Source: an uncultured virus (IMG/VR IMGVR_UViG_3300030613_000009) (taxonomy: Duplodnaviria > Heunggongvirae > Uroviricota > Caudoviricetes). From it: 64,000 nucleotides of DNA. The notes under the pieces were generated by a model. That model saw nothing but the letters and a program-made list of their open reading frames with translations, had not been told where the DNA came from and did not search any database. The stretch spans positions 1 through 64,000 of IMG/VR virus record IMGVR_UViG_3300030613_000009, one strand, 5' to 3'. Below are positions 7,683 through 18,021 of this stretch, piece after piece. The position numbers and the translations under genes are program-made. Numbering within the stretch: position 1 is the stretch's first letter; each line of letters starts with the position of its first letter.

Positions 7683-10283
7683 TTGACGGCCGTAGACCGC
7701 AAAAGAAATAGACCGATTCATTCCGTCGTCCCAATTGACGGAACCGCCCACGTCGGTATATAAGTACAGATAGAATGATGCACCCGAACCTGGCGTCAAA
7801 CCCCATCCTACTCTAATCCCGCCCGAGCCAAGCCAGTCGCTAGCAACCGGAACGACCGTAAATGTATCGTCGGCCATGTCGTCGATGAAATTGACAATCA
7901 ACTGTGTCGTAGGCGCCGCACCGACAGTGACATTAAATCCTCCGATAATGGAGCTGACCCCGCTTGTGTTGACGCTAACTCTTCCGTACGCCTTGACCAC
8001 GTTGTCTGGCGTTACCTTGTTGGAAACACCAGTCGCGGTGGAAGTGTTCGGCCCCGTAAAGGAGACTACGCCGTTTGTCGAGATGGTTGTGACGCCTGCT
8101 GTGTTTCCTACGAACTTTCCGGCTGGGGCTCCATCGTTGAGGCCTAGACCGTACACACCATACGACCCGCCCTCCCCGTACACTCCCGTGCCCCCAGTCG
8201 AGGCGCCTTTGACGCCGTATGTCTTCCCATTGCCATCGACTCCAATTCCAATCCCACTGGTGGCAGTGCATACGCCGCTGACGCCAAAGTTGTTTCCGGT
8301 AGCCGCGCTATTAACCCCATAGACGCCAGTTGCCCCCGCCGCCGATGTAGAACCTTGCATGCCGTATACAGTACCGTCGCCAAGTACGCCAATCGGGCCT
8401 GAACCAGACACACCCCGCACGGTGCCGGTGCCAGAAACGCCAGTTTGGCCGGTGCCCGATATGCCATTGCCAAATGATGAAATGCCCGTAATGGCCGTGC
8501 CGGTCAATACTGTCGCTATAATACCCGCTACAATCCCAGCATTCCCGGGAACCGCCAGACCATCGATTACCAGTCCGGTAGTGGCTGGGGTCGCGCCCGT
8601 CACCCCGCCTTGTATCCTTACGCCCGCCCCTGTGCCGCTAGCGATCGTGACAGTAGTGGCCGAGCTAGGTGCCGGCGTACCGCCGCTGACGATATCTAAA
8701 GCGCTTCCTGTCGCACTACTCGTAATGGCAACCGTCGTAGCGGAGCCTGAACTGTCAAACACTCCAGCGTGCCCCCCCACCCCTGCAGCAGTATTACGAC
8801 CCCAAACGCCCCTAGTGCCGGCAGAAGCTCCCACCGCATAGACGGCAGAGGCATAAGCTGGGCCAAACGTGGTGGCTTCGATGGCGTGGGCGTCTGCGTT
8901 TCGTACTTCAATCCCGCAACTACCAGGACCTTGCCCAGCCGTGTCGATGAAGAGACATCTCTCGGTACCTACAGAAACGCCAGTACCTCCCAGTATGGTC
9001 AGACCATTTTGCCCGCTAGGCGCGTAGATAAAACCGCCACGGTCCGAAATCGCGATTGGGTCAAGAGCGCCCGATGGAGATGGCGTATTGACGCCCAGAT
9101 AATCTCGACTGATTTTGACAACGCCCTGAGATGTCGGGGTCGCGGGTACGAACAGAGTCCCAACCGGGTAGCGCCATCCACGAGCATATATTTGGTTGCT
9201 ATCACGCCAGGCGATAACCCACCGCGCGAAAGGAGAACCCGACCCGAGCGTAAGCAAAGGGGCCTTGTATGCTGTCAAGGGGCCCGGGCTGCCGGTCCTG
9301 TCCAAGTCTACATAGAGAGCCTCCCCTACCAGCAGTGGGGATACCGAACCATCGGCGACATCGATGGTGTACGAGGTAGAGTTTTCGTACAGAAAGCGGA
9401 TGCCTTGCCAGGCCAGGGTCTGAGTCCCTAGGTCCCACGTAAAGTACTCGCCGGTGCCAAAAGGAGCACCGTGCGTGACCATGTTTACGTTGCGGTCAGA
9501 TGTGTTTGAATACCAGAACTCTCCCCCACCCAGCTCCCATGTGCGTGTCATGGAGGCGTCCATCCAATCCTTGAGGTTCCAAATGCCCTTATCGCCGCCA
9601 CTGAAGATGGTATTGTCGAGCGTGCCGAAGTTCTCTTTGCGGGTCCAGCCAGTAAAGAAGTTGTATTTGTCCGGAGCGTCGCCGCCGCCGCCGAGACGGT
9701 ACATCAAGTTGCGAGCGTCCTCGATATCTGAAATGAACCCGTTGGAGTCGAGGGTCACTACAGCTACGGGTGCGATGTCGGGCGAAGCGGTAAAGGGAGT
9801 GACGCTGATGTGTACGCGATAGTCTAGGGTCTTTCCTAGCGGAACGAGCTTGGGGGTCTCGAGGAGGGTCGAAGAGTCGATGAACTGGGCCAAGTCTATC
9901 GTCGAATCATCGGCAAGTCGGACAAAACTGAGCCCGACATAGTTTATAGTTCCAACGGTCCAGCCTCCAGTGACGCGGGCGTTGGTGGCCGGATTGAGGG
10001 ATTCAATTGGCTGTGTGGTTGGAACCCACAAAAAAGTACCAGACTCGGTGGCTTGGCGATTCCAGACAATCCCATCTGCGGTGGCCATTTGCAGGCCGAT
10101 GGCTGGCGCTCCGCTGGCCACGCCGCTGAGTACAAATCCACGCAGCACCAGGGCTTTGTCGCCTGCCAAGCTCAACCCGGCGAGTACGTCGAAGTCTGCA
10201 CATATAGCCGACTCAATGGCCCGGAAGTGCGGGACGTCTAGCCTCATCTGCGAAAGAAAGTTGAACTCTCTGGTTACGGCCAT
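7680..10283 (-). CDS. tail fibre protein
   Basis: downstream of baseplate genes; GVYG/GVSG glycine repeats; start refined to ATG 10283. Confidence 0.75.
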   Translation of the reverse strand: MAVTREFNFLSQMRLDVPHFRAIESAICADFDVLAGLSLAGDKALVLRGFVLSGVASGAPAIGLQMATADGIVWNRQATESGTFLWVPTTQPIESLNPATNARVTGGWTVGTINYVGLSFVRLADDSTIDLAQFIDSSTLLETPKLVPLGKTLDYRVHISVTPFTASPDIAPVAVVTLDSNGFISDIEDARNLMYRLGGGGDAPDKYNFFTGWTRKENFGTLDNTIFSGGDKGIWNLKDWMDASMTRTWELGGGEFWYSNTSDRNVNMVTHGAPFGTGEYFTWDLGTQTLAWQGIRFLYENSTSYTIDVADGSVSPLLVGEALYVDLDRTGSPGPLTAYKAPLLTLGSGSPFARWVIAWRDSNQIYARGWRYPVGTLFVPATPTSQGVVKISRDYLGVNTPSPSGALDPIAISDRGGFIYAPSGQNGLTILGGTGVSVGTERCLFIDTAGQGPGSCGIEVRNADAHAIEATTFGPAYASAVYAVGASAGTRGVWGRNTAAGVGGHAGVFDSSGSATTVAITSSATGSALDIVSGGTPAPSSATTVTIASGTGAGVRIQGGVTGATPATTGLVIDGLAVPGNAGIVAGIIATVLTGTAITGISSFGNGISGTGQTGVSGTGTVRGVSGSGPIGVLGDGTVYGMQGSTSAAGATGVYGVNSAATGNNFGVSGVCTATSGIGIGVDGNGKTYGVKGASTGGTGVYGEGGSYGVYGLGLNDGAPAGKFVGNTAGVTTISTNGVVSFTGPNTSTATGVSNKVTPDNVVKAYGRVSVNTSGVSSIIGGFNVTVGAAPTTQLIVNFIDDMADDTFTVVPVASDWLGSGGIRVGWGLTPGSGASFYLYLYTDVGGSVNWDDGMNRSISFAVYGRQ

Positions 10284-10305
10284 TGTGTCACCCTGTGTAT
10301 TTAGA

Positions 10306-10725
10306 TTACTGAGTTTGCTCGTTAGCCCAAGACAAGGCCTCAAAAGCAATCTCGCCGGTCACTTTGCCCTTTTCTGGCACTGACCAAGACTGCTTGGCCA
10401 CGCTGCAGTTTTTTGCTTCGAACACTACCGTGTCAGAACGGCGCTCTATCAACTGCAACATGAAATACTTTTCTCTGACCAGTTTTTCGAACGCGGTCGT
10501 CATCCCGGCCCCTTCGATACCGCCATCCCCCACCGTGCGGACCACACCCACGGTCCCGGTAATCCTGGTGATGGTCGGGGCCAGCTCGACAGGCAGGGGG
10601 GAGTCCAGCCCGTATTTAGCCGAACGGGGCGTATCGGAGGACCACTGAAACGCAGTCACGCGACCGTATGGGCGGCCATTCAAATGCAAGATTACCCCGG
10701 CGCTGACTATGGTTTTCTGTCTCAT
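10306..10725 (-). CDS. tail tube-like baseplate protein
   Basis: 139 aa; YGLDS..PVELAP..TRITGT pattern resembles the tube at 38913. Confidence 0.55.
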   Translation of the reverse strand: MRQKTIVSAGVILHLNGRPYGRVTAFQWSSDTPRSAKYGLDSPLPVELAPTITRITGTVGVVRTVGDGGIEGAGMTTAFEKLVREKYFMLQLIERRSDTVVFEAKNCSVAKQSWSVPEKGKVTGEIAFEALSWANEQTQ

Positions 10726-12401
10726 ACTTCGTCCCCGCCAAAAATTTCGGCAACATCAGACAATTTTCCTTCGCCTTCGGTTGGGTAGCCCTCACCACCA
10801 AGGCCACGGTCACCAGGGAATACAACCGTGAAATCTAGTTCTATGCCGGCTGCGGCTGCGTCAGTAGATGTGGATTGAGCCACAAGTCGCCCAGCAGCGC
10901 TACCCGTGATGTAGAGGTTGCCAGTGTCTGCGGGCGAGGCTGGAACCCATGGGCCACGAGCTGAAAGACAGTCGATGGTTGTGCCGGCCAAGTAATCGAA
11001 CTCCATGCCGTACCCAAAGTCAATCAATAGGCGACTGGGCCCAATCTTCTTGAGGTACTTTATTGGGCTCGATTGGAGCGAGCGACCGAACCCCAACACG
11101 AAGTATCCTGGCCCATCGGGGAAGTCGGCTGCGCTGAGAACGTCGACGTACTCGTAGTGCTGCGACTTGAGAAGGGGGGACGTCAGCGTGCTTTGGATGG
11201 CTGTGACAGCTAGACCATTCTGGGGGTCATAGATGTATGGGCCCGGGTCTCCCGGGGGTCGCGGTGAATTGTCGATACGAGCGTACGCGGCAGAGTGCGG
11301 ATTCCTGTTGACTACTTGGGTCGTGGCAGGGATTTGGATATCCACCCTGTGAGGTGAGACCTGCGCGACTACAACCGTTCGTGAGCCGTTGAGCGTGGTC
11401 TTCTTGGTCGGGGAAAAATAGCGGTAGTCATTGTTGGATGACTGGGTGATTGCGCCTACGAATCCCAAATCTGCATCGAGGTCAACGCGCTGGATGAAGC
11501 TTCCACCGCTCCATTCTGTGGACACGTCCAAGATTCGATATGTGCCTGGTGTGATGGTACCAACCCCAGAGCCAATCACGAGGTAGTCGCCTGCCTCTAC
11601 AATCGAAATGTCGACCAGCGGTATACCTACAGTAGTAAGAGACAGACGGGTCACGTTGGGGCTCGGGACCGAATACACCCAAACCAACCCTGCGGCCGAA
11701 CCTCCGTACACCTCCTTGTAGGAATCGAATCTAAGCCAAGGTTGGGCGCGCCCACCATTCACCCTCACAAACGACTTCAGGCCAAGAGAGCCGCTGTAGA
11801 TACGAACCTTGGTCTCGCCCGTCTCTGGGTCGACAACCGACACGGCAAAGCCCGTGGACCCAGCATCACTCATCACCTTGGTCAAAACAGATGAAACCTC
11901 CAAGGCGCTGGCGCTGGTGATTTGCGTGAACCACTCAGGCAAGAACTCAACCCGGTAGGACTGCGATTCGTCTATCGTCCACTCCAAGTCCAAACCAGAA
12001 GACAAAGAGAATGGTTCGACCAAGGAAGTCTCGGCGTAAGCGTGTAGGGCGTCGCGCCCATAAAATATCTCGAGGACTTCGCGTAGGGCCTGCAGGGTGA
12101 TTTTGTTGGCGTTGAGACGTATTGCCAACAGTCGAAAGAGGTCGTCCGAAATCCCAAGGTCCTTGGGCCGCTCGAGGCCGTCGTTTGCCGCTAGGCGTGT
12201 GAGATACTTCCCGGAGGCTGTAGCCTTGAAGAGCTGGTCGAACGCCAGTATCGTGTTGGTCCAGTTGACGTCGTCGCTCCAAGCCAGAGCTTCTATCAAG
12301 GCGTCCGTCATGGGGCCGCCGATGGCTTGAGACAAATGCTTACGGATGACCGTCGCGGCCGTCTCTCGTTCGGTTCCGTCTGTCAGTCCTGTTAGGTTCA
12401 C
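10722..12401 (-). CDS. baseplate wedge subunit
   Basis: follows baseplate J; TASGKYL...GLERP...ISDDLFR motif. Confidence 0.6.
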   Translation of the reverse strand: MNLTGLTDGTERETAATVIRKHLSQAIGGPMTDALIEALAWSDDVNWTNTILAFDQLFKATASGKYLTRLAANDGLERPKDLGISDDLFRLLAIRLNANKITLQALREVLEIFYGRDALHAYAETSLVEPFSLSSGLDLEWTIDESQSYRVEFLPEWFTQITSASALEVSSVLTKVMSDAGSTGFAVSVVDPETGETKVRIYSGSLGLKSFVRVNGGRAQPWLRFDSYKEVYGGSAAGLVWVYSVPSPNVTRLSLTTVGIPLVDISIVEAGDYLVIGSGVGTITPGTYRILDVSTEWSGGSFIQRVDLDADLGFVGAITQSSNNDYRYFSPTKKTTLNGSRTVVVAQVSPHRVDIQIPATTQVVNRNPHSAAYARIDNSPRPPGDPGPYIYDPQNGLAVTAIQSTLTSPLLKSQHYEYVDVLSAADFPDGPGYFVLGFGRSLQSSPIKYLKKIGPSRLLIDFGYGMEFDYLAGTTIDCLSARGPWVPASPADTGNLYITGSAAGRLVAQSTSTDAAAAGIELDFTVVFPGDRGLGGEGYPTEGEGKLSDVAEIFGGDEV

Positions 12402-12419
12402 GAAGTCACCATTCTACCA

Positions 12420-15400
12420 TCAGTCGCCAACCAGGGTAACCAGGATGTCCTGCTCGAGGTTCACCACGAAAGGCTTCTCATAGGGTTGGATTGCAATCAG
12501 GTCGTTGCCTGGGCCGTAGGCTGGGCTCAGAACGCTCACTCCTACAACTCCGTTTACCTTTTGTGCAGCCGCGACCAAGGCCCCGATAGAGACCGGAACT
12601 CCGACAGGTGTCTGGTTGATGACCGAAGCCACATTGGACCGAACAGTGTCTTTGATGTCTTGGGTGGAGACGCCAGTCTTGGTTCGAACCCCAAGCGACA
12701 CTTGGATTCTACGGATGAGGGACCCGTTGATGTTTAGGTCTGCCCCGGCTGCAGCAATCCCAGGGTAGCTGCTGGATTGCGACTCGTCCGCGTAGATGAC
12801 TCGGTTCGCTTCGGCGATTAGGCCCGTGTAGTGGGTATACCCGTCCACTCCTGGAACTAGTTCTGCCCCTAGAGCGAGTTTGTCTAGAGAACTCAGCACG
12901 GTTCCCACTGCTGCACTGATTCCAGCTAGCCCGCCCGGAGTGCTGACCTTGACGTCAGACCAAGCCCCATTGGGAGCGATGCTGAGAACCTTTTTGATGA
13001 GACGGCCCGGAGTGGCTTCGTGGATTTGAACAAGCCCAGCGGATGAGCCCAACGCCCCTACTGGCCCGATGGCGATTGGGGTGCGAGAGGTTGTGTTGAG
13101 TCGGAAGGCGAAGGCGTTGGTGAGGTCGAGCGAGGTCACTTTCCAGGTGCCAAGATTGTCGACCCCCCACAACGTAGTGTTGATGGTGAGGGAGTCGTTG
13201 GGCATTACGCTGTCGAAGGTGAAGAAGTGAATATCAGCCGATGCCACCTCCTCGACGGTATTGGCGTTCTCAATCCAGAACGTATAGGTGGACGGTTCGG
13301 TTCGGACCACTCTGAACGCTCCACGGTTGAGGGAGTTCATGGTACCTGTGGTCGGGTACGCGGGGTCAACCAATGAGGGGTCAACGACAGCCCAGTCGCC
13401 CTCTTGAATGGAAGCAAATCCACCAGGAGGCAGAGCCCCGTTCCACACATAGGCGGTAAAGTGGCCCTGCTTTTCGACTTGCCAAGTGTCGCCATCGATG
13501 TTGGTGCGAGACGTCCAGGCTTGGGTGCCGGTGATGACCACGCGACCTGTAGCGTCGAGTGTGGTCAGGCCGGTAGCAGACGAAATGATGGACTTGGGAC
13601 CCGCGATAGCGTTATTCAAAGCGACCCAAGTATCCCCACCAAGACCGACGACCTCGGACGACGAAACGGCGAAGGTGCAGCCAGTGCCCGAGACGACCGC
13701 ACTGCCGATGACAGCCGCCGACAGAGCGTTGGCCGACCCGCCACTGGCCTGAATAGAACCGAGGCCGCCAGGGGTAATGGTGGTGAGTTGCGGATTTTTG
13801 TTCTGTAGCGCTGGGACAATTTCTGCCGAGCTGAAGAGACCGCTTACTGCTGCCGTGTTGAGATAATCGACTACGTTCTTGGCCGTTGTTGGCACAAGAC
13901 GCACATCTTCGTTGGGCCAGTCGACAAGGCCAGTCGCCACGTTGTCTTTGAACGTGAATACGAAATCGTCAGTGGGTAGAGCTGGCGTGTTGGTCGACCG
14001 AACGAAGTTGACGCCATCTTGGAAAGAGAACCAAGGTGCAATTGCGCCGAGTCCATTGGCCGGAGCCTCGTAGGTTGCCCACGAAATAGTTCCGGCCGTT
14101 TTTTCTACTCCTGTTATCGGCGTACCGGCGAGGGCGTTCACGGATGTGACGATTGCGGACGTCGTATTGGCGGAAGCGTCGAGGGGGTAGAGCTTGTAAT
14201 TGGACGTCGCCACCACTGGCACCCACACCAGCACGGAGCCCACAACCCCAACGCCAGGGAGGGAGTAGGTGATTTTGTCGTCGGCCAGTGTGAGGGTCTT
14301 GGCCGTTGTCCCGCTGAACGTGCGAATGTCGCCAACCAGAGCGCTGGCCCCAGACAAAGAAGCGATTCCTCCAACGTCGCGACTGACGGTTCCGGTCCCA
14401 ACCATCACGCTATCTACACCAGGGTCCGAATACGAGACGGTATTGGTACCATGAGCGGTAATTGTCTTCGGCCCGCTTGGGAACGATGGGTCAGACAGGT
14501 TCACGTAGATTTGGTCGCCATCCAAAAGCCCGTGCCCTAGTCCTGGAGTGGTCAGGGTGAGGGTTGTCGTTCCTGTTAGGCGTGCCCCGGCCGACACGGA
14601 CACGTTGAAGAACTCGGTGTAGGTCGAGAGCCCGTTTGGTACGTCGATTGATGTGATGGCCCGTCCAACATACGTTGTGGCTCGGAAGTTGGGTAGAGTG
14701 CGAGCGGCGGAAGACGCTAGCGAAACGCTAACGTTGACGTAGTCAGACGACCGGCTGTCGACTGACACGCCGACAGGAGAGCTTGGAGTGGCGGGATATG
14801 AATACCCAACGCGCGCGTAGTTTCCTTCTGGACCCTGGCGGTAGTATCGCCACATGATGGACGTGGCGCCGGGAGATAGTTCGGTGGTTGCGCGAGAGTG
14901 CATGTATACAGCGAAGTCGCTCCAATCGAATCCAACGCCGAATCCCTCAGCCAGGCTGTGGCCTCCGTTGTCTGCGTCCCGCAGTGTGGCCGTGATGCCG
15001 TAGGACAAATCGGCTGGGGTGCAGCGTCGGAACATATTCATCACGTACCGCTTGCTGACTACATCTCCATCCACCACCAGGCCGAGCTGGTCATTTGGGG
15101 TGATGGCAAAAGGAGAGGCCGCATAGAATCGTTGCTCTGGCAGCCACTGCTTGATGACTGGCTGTCGCAGATGGAGGACGGTTCCAGCCCTGTACTCGAG
15201 CGAGCTGAAGTAATCGTCGTTGCCCCAGCGAGGACCGGACGTACCGGGAAGGTCTGGGATGGACTTGAGCCCTTCGAAGATGCTGCCGCTGCTCGGAGCA
15301 ATACCGGAGCCGTAGTCGACGACGGTTGGGCCGGTCGTGCTTGAGACGGAGTACGTGACGAAGGATGGGGTGCCGTTTTGTGAATTTGTGGTGCGAAGGT

Positions 15401-17963
15401 TGGCTAGATGGCTGACGCCGGATGCTTCCGCGTCGAGCATAGCAAAGCCCAACGCGACCCCAGCTTGGTTTCCTGCGACGCAGGCAATACTTCCATCTGC
15501 CGTAAAGGTGTTGGTGCGGACACGGACCCGAGTTGTACGGTACGTTGCCGCTTCGCCGCCCTCAATCTGTGAGCTGATGGCGGCGGCAAGAGTGGAAGCT
15601 GTCCATGGGTTGCCTGCAGTACCGATATAGATTCGTTGAGGCACTGCTGACGAACGAACGACTTTCAGTCCGCCATTAGTCAGCGAGACCAACTCGGTAG
15701 CACTCCACGTTAAGCTTTGCTCTACCTCTACCCAAGAGAAGGGGCTCGAGGTGGCGATGTCTACGATTCGGAAGGCGCCACGGTTGTCGACACTGAAGGC
15801 TGCGTCGGTCGCAATCAGCCAATCGCCGCGCTGAGCGTTCTCAAAAAGGTTGAGGGCAGTTGGACTGGTGTAGCGAACTCGCTGTCCCCAGGACTCTACT
15901 GCCCCGCTGACTTGCAAAGAGGACCCAGGACCGACAGACACAGGAACCACAGCCGCATTTCCGTCGACGACCAACCAGATTTCAGCTCCGAGCTGTCCAG
16001 TCACGCTTGTTCCTTCGGCTGCCACAGTCAGGGCAGAGAACGATGGGGTCTCAAGGAAGCTTCGAGTGGCAAAACTTCCAGCGGTCAGACGGCTACCTGC
16101 CGGCAACGGAGTATCCAGTTTGAGCTGGCCCAGGTTGCGGTCGAGGGTGTAGTCGCTGTTCATTCCAAACGACTCGGTCTCGGCGAAGACGGCCGCGCCA
16201 ATTACTCCACCTGTGACGCGAAGGCTAGCTTCGCTTGAACGATCTCGGTTGCTTGTCAGGGTCAGTGAGCCACCAGACACTGAAGTCGTGACTCCTGGAA
16301 TTAGGCGATTCAAAACCTTCGCCCAAGCAGACAGACTGTTGGCTTGGCTGACGGTGATGTACGACGTACCAGCATTTACGAAGTCGATGTCGTTGACCGT
16401 GATGGTCAACGGGATACCATCTACTTCAATCAGCAATGTGTCGCCGGTGGAAATGGATGACCACGAGGAATGGGTCTTGGTCGTCAACGAAGCCAGCGCC
16501 CCGTCCTTGCTGAGAAGACGGTCGTCTTGGTAGAGCCATAGCGATTCGGCCCGCTGCGTTGGGAACCCGAAGGCTACGTTGGCGTCAAACGCACCCACGC
16601 CTGGCGCCACTACCTGAATGGTCTCGTTGGCGTCGGCCTTGGCAAAGACGCTCACGTCTGTTCGGCCATCGGCAGTGCGGGCTGTCCATCCCAAAGTAGG
16701 GTCGGCGTTGATGGAGGCAACGACCTCGTACGAAGTAGCATTGGCCACAGCGGCGAAATCGGCCGCCTGAAAAATATGAGTCGAGCGGCGACCGCCAACC
16801 TCAACGGCCAGCTCGGCCCCTGCGGTGAGTGCGAATGGTGCCTGCAGAGTGCTCTTCAGGAAAGCCTTGGCCACGGGTCGGCCGTTCGCTAGCTGGAAGT
16901 ATTGTTCCCCACCGATGGCCGAATCAACGATGGCCTCGTATGCGATGCCTACGGTTTTCTCTTCGTAGCCAGTGCCATCATCGATATACACCGTCGTAGG
17001 CTCGCCTTGGCGCACTACAACCGACGCGCTTAGGATGCGGTTATTTTCATCGGGAGCGGTCAGGCCGATGATGCCAGACTTGATGGCTATCGCCGTTCCC
17101 TTAGAGCGGGACTGACGTGCCTGACGGATGCGCTCTCGGTACGTGTCGTCGTCTTCTGTGTCGCGACCGTTGGCGAATGGGATTGGGTTCGTGACGGCAG
17201 CACCAGTAAACGGAGCGCTGACGAACTCGACCACAGAGTTCATGACAACGTTTCCAACCGTGCCTGGGATTCGAGCTGTAGCTGGAACGTTGAGGACGGT
17301 TGTTTCGCCGTCTGGAATCACGGCCGCGAACGACGTAGCGAACTGAACAGAACTACCAGCGTTGCCTTGTGAGGTGCGGACTGTCGTCCCCACGTCTATC
17401 GTCCTGTTGCCACCGCGAGCGAACACCACAGACTCGCCCAGGTTGTGGAACTTGGTGGTGCCGCCAGCGCCGAGAGAAATGGTCCAGTACGAACCCATAT
17501 TCGCAGTAGCGGTGTAGGGAATTGGACCTTCGTAGTTTTTTGTGCCGCGACCAATATATAGATTGCCGCCGATGGCGGGGAAGTCCTGAGCCGACTCCAC
17601 CAATAGGACGGGAGCCCCGACGATGGGTGCCGCAGCCCCTTGGTAGATGCTCGTGCTGATTTTGGTGAAGCTTGTGTCTGTTATGGTCAAGTTCCCTGTC
17701 GAGGGGCTCTGGGCCAACCTAAGGCAGTCCTCGTCGGCACCGGCTCGGTCTAGGGCTTGCTTTTCTGCTCGGTCTAGGGAATTGGCGTTTAGCGCGTTGA
17801 ACGTGTCTTGCGAACCACGAAGGTCAGACTGTCCTGCCGCTTCAACGAAGCTCAATACCGGGTTGCCGACCTGTAGGGAGGGGTACCCCGTACGAGACAA
17901 TATGGTGTTAATCATCCCGCCGACGATTTGGTTTCTAGAACGGGGTAGAGGTATATTGGCCAC
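12420..17963 (-). CDS. very large baseplate J-like wedge protein
   Basis: ARIPGTVGNV, VTNPIPFANGRDTEDDDTYRERI, VYIDDGTG; C-terminal KVNGVVGVSV; 1847 aa. Confidence 0.85.
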   Translation of the reverse strand: MANIPLPRSRNQIVGGMINTILSRTGYPSLQVGNPVLSFVEAAGQSDLRGSQDTFNALNANSLDRAEKQALDRAGADEDCLRLAQSPSTGNLTITDTSFTKISTSIYQGAAAPIVGAPVLLVESAQDFPAIGGNLYIGRGTKNYEGPIPYTATANMGSYWTISLGAGGTTKFHNLGESVVFARGGNRTIDVGTTVRTSQGNAGSSVQFATSFAAVIPDGETTVLNVPATARIPGTVGNVVMNSVVEFVSAPFTGAAVTNPIPFANGRDTEDDDTYRERIRQARQSRSKGTAIAIKSGIIGLTAPDENNRILSASVVVRQGEPTTVYIDDGTGYEEKTVGIAYEAIVDSAIGGEQYFQLANGRPVAKAFLKSTLQAPFALTAGAELAVEVGGRRSTHIFQAADFAAVANATSYEVVASINADPTLGWTARTADGRTDVSVFAKADANETIQVVAPGVGAFDANVAFGFPTQRAESLWLYQDDRLLSKDGALASLTTKTHSSWSSISTGDTLLIEVDGIPLTITVNDIDFVNAGTSYITVSQANSLSAWAKVLNRLIPGVTTSVSGGSLTLTSNRDRSSEASLRVTGGVIGAAVFAETESFGMNSDYTLDRNLGQLKLDTPLPAGSRLTAGSFATRSFLETPSFSALTVAAEGTSVTGQLGAEIWLVVDGNAAVVPVSVGPGSSLQVSGAVESWGQRVRYTSPTALNLFENAQRGDWLIATDAAFSVDNRGAFRIVDIATSSPFSWVEVEQSLTWSATELVSLTNGGLKVVRSSAVPQRIYIGTAGNPWTASTLAAAISSQIEGGEAATYRTTRVRVRTNTFTADGSIACVAGNQAGVALGFAMLDAEASGVSHLANLRTTNSQNGTPSFVTYSVSSTTGPTVVDYGSGIAPSSGSIFEGLKSIPDLPGTSGPRWGNDDYFSSLEYRAGTVLHLRQPVIKQWLPEQRFYAASPFAITPNDQLGLVVDGDVVSKRYVMNMFRRCTPADLSYGITATLRDADNGGHSLAEGFGVGFDWSDFAVYMHSRATTELSPGATSIMWRYYRQGPEGNYARVGYSYPATPSSPVGVSVDSRSSDYVNVSVSLASSAARTLPNFRATTYVGRAITSIDVPNGLSTYTEFFNVSVSAGARLTGTTTLTLTTPGLGHGLLDGDQIYVNLSDPSFPSGPKTITAHGTNTVSYSDPGVDSVMVGTGTVSRDVGGIASLSGASALVGDIRTFSGTTAKTLTLADDKITYSLPGVGVVGSVLVWVPVVATSNYKLYPLDASANTTSAIVTSVNALAGTPITGVEKTAGTISWATYEAPANGLGAIAPWFSFQDGVNFVRSTNTPALPTDDFVFTFKDNVATGLVDWPNEDVRLVPTTAKNVVDYLNTAAVSGLFSSAEIVPALQNKNPQLTTITPGGLGSIQASGGSANALSAAVIGSAVVSGTGCTFAVSSSEVVGLGGDTWVALNNAIAGPKSIISSATGLTTLDATGRVVITGTQAWTSRTNIDGDTWQVEKQGHFTAYVWNGALPPGGFASIQEGDWAVVDPSLVDPAYPTTGTMNSLNRGAFRVVRTEPSTYTFWIENANTVEEVASADIHFFTFDSVMPNDSLTINTTLWGVDNLGTWKVTSLDLTNAFAFRLNTTSRTPIAIGPVGALGSSAGLVQIHEATPGRLIKKVLSIAPNGAWSDVKVSTPGGLAGISAAVGTVLSSLDKLALGAELVPGVDGYTHYTGLIAEANRVIYADESQSSSYPGIAAAGADLNINGSLIRRIQVSLGVRTKTGVSTQDIKDTVRSNVASVINQTPVGVPVSIGALVAAAQKVNGVVGVSVLSPAYGPGNDLIAIQPYEKPFVVNLEQDILVTLVGD

Positions 17964-18021
17964 TGGCTTACCTTTGGTTCAGGGGTTAGCGGTGGTGCGA
18001 CCAGCCCGCTCGAAGAGCAGA

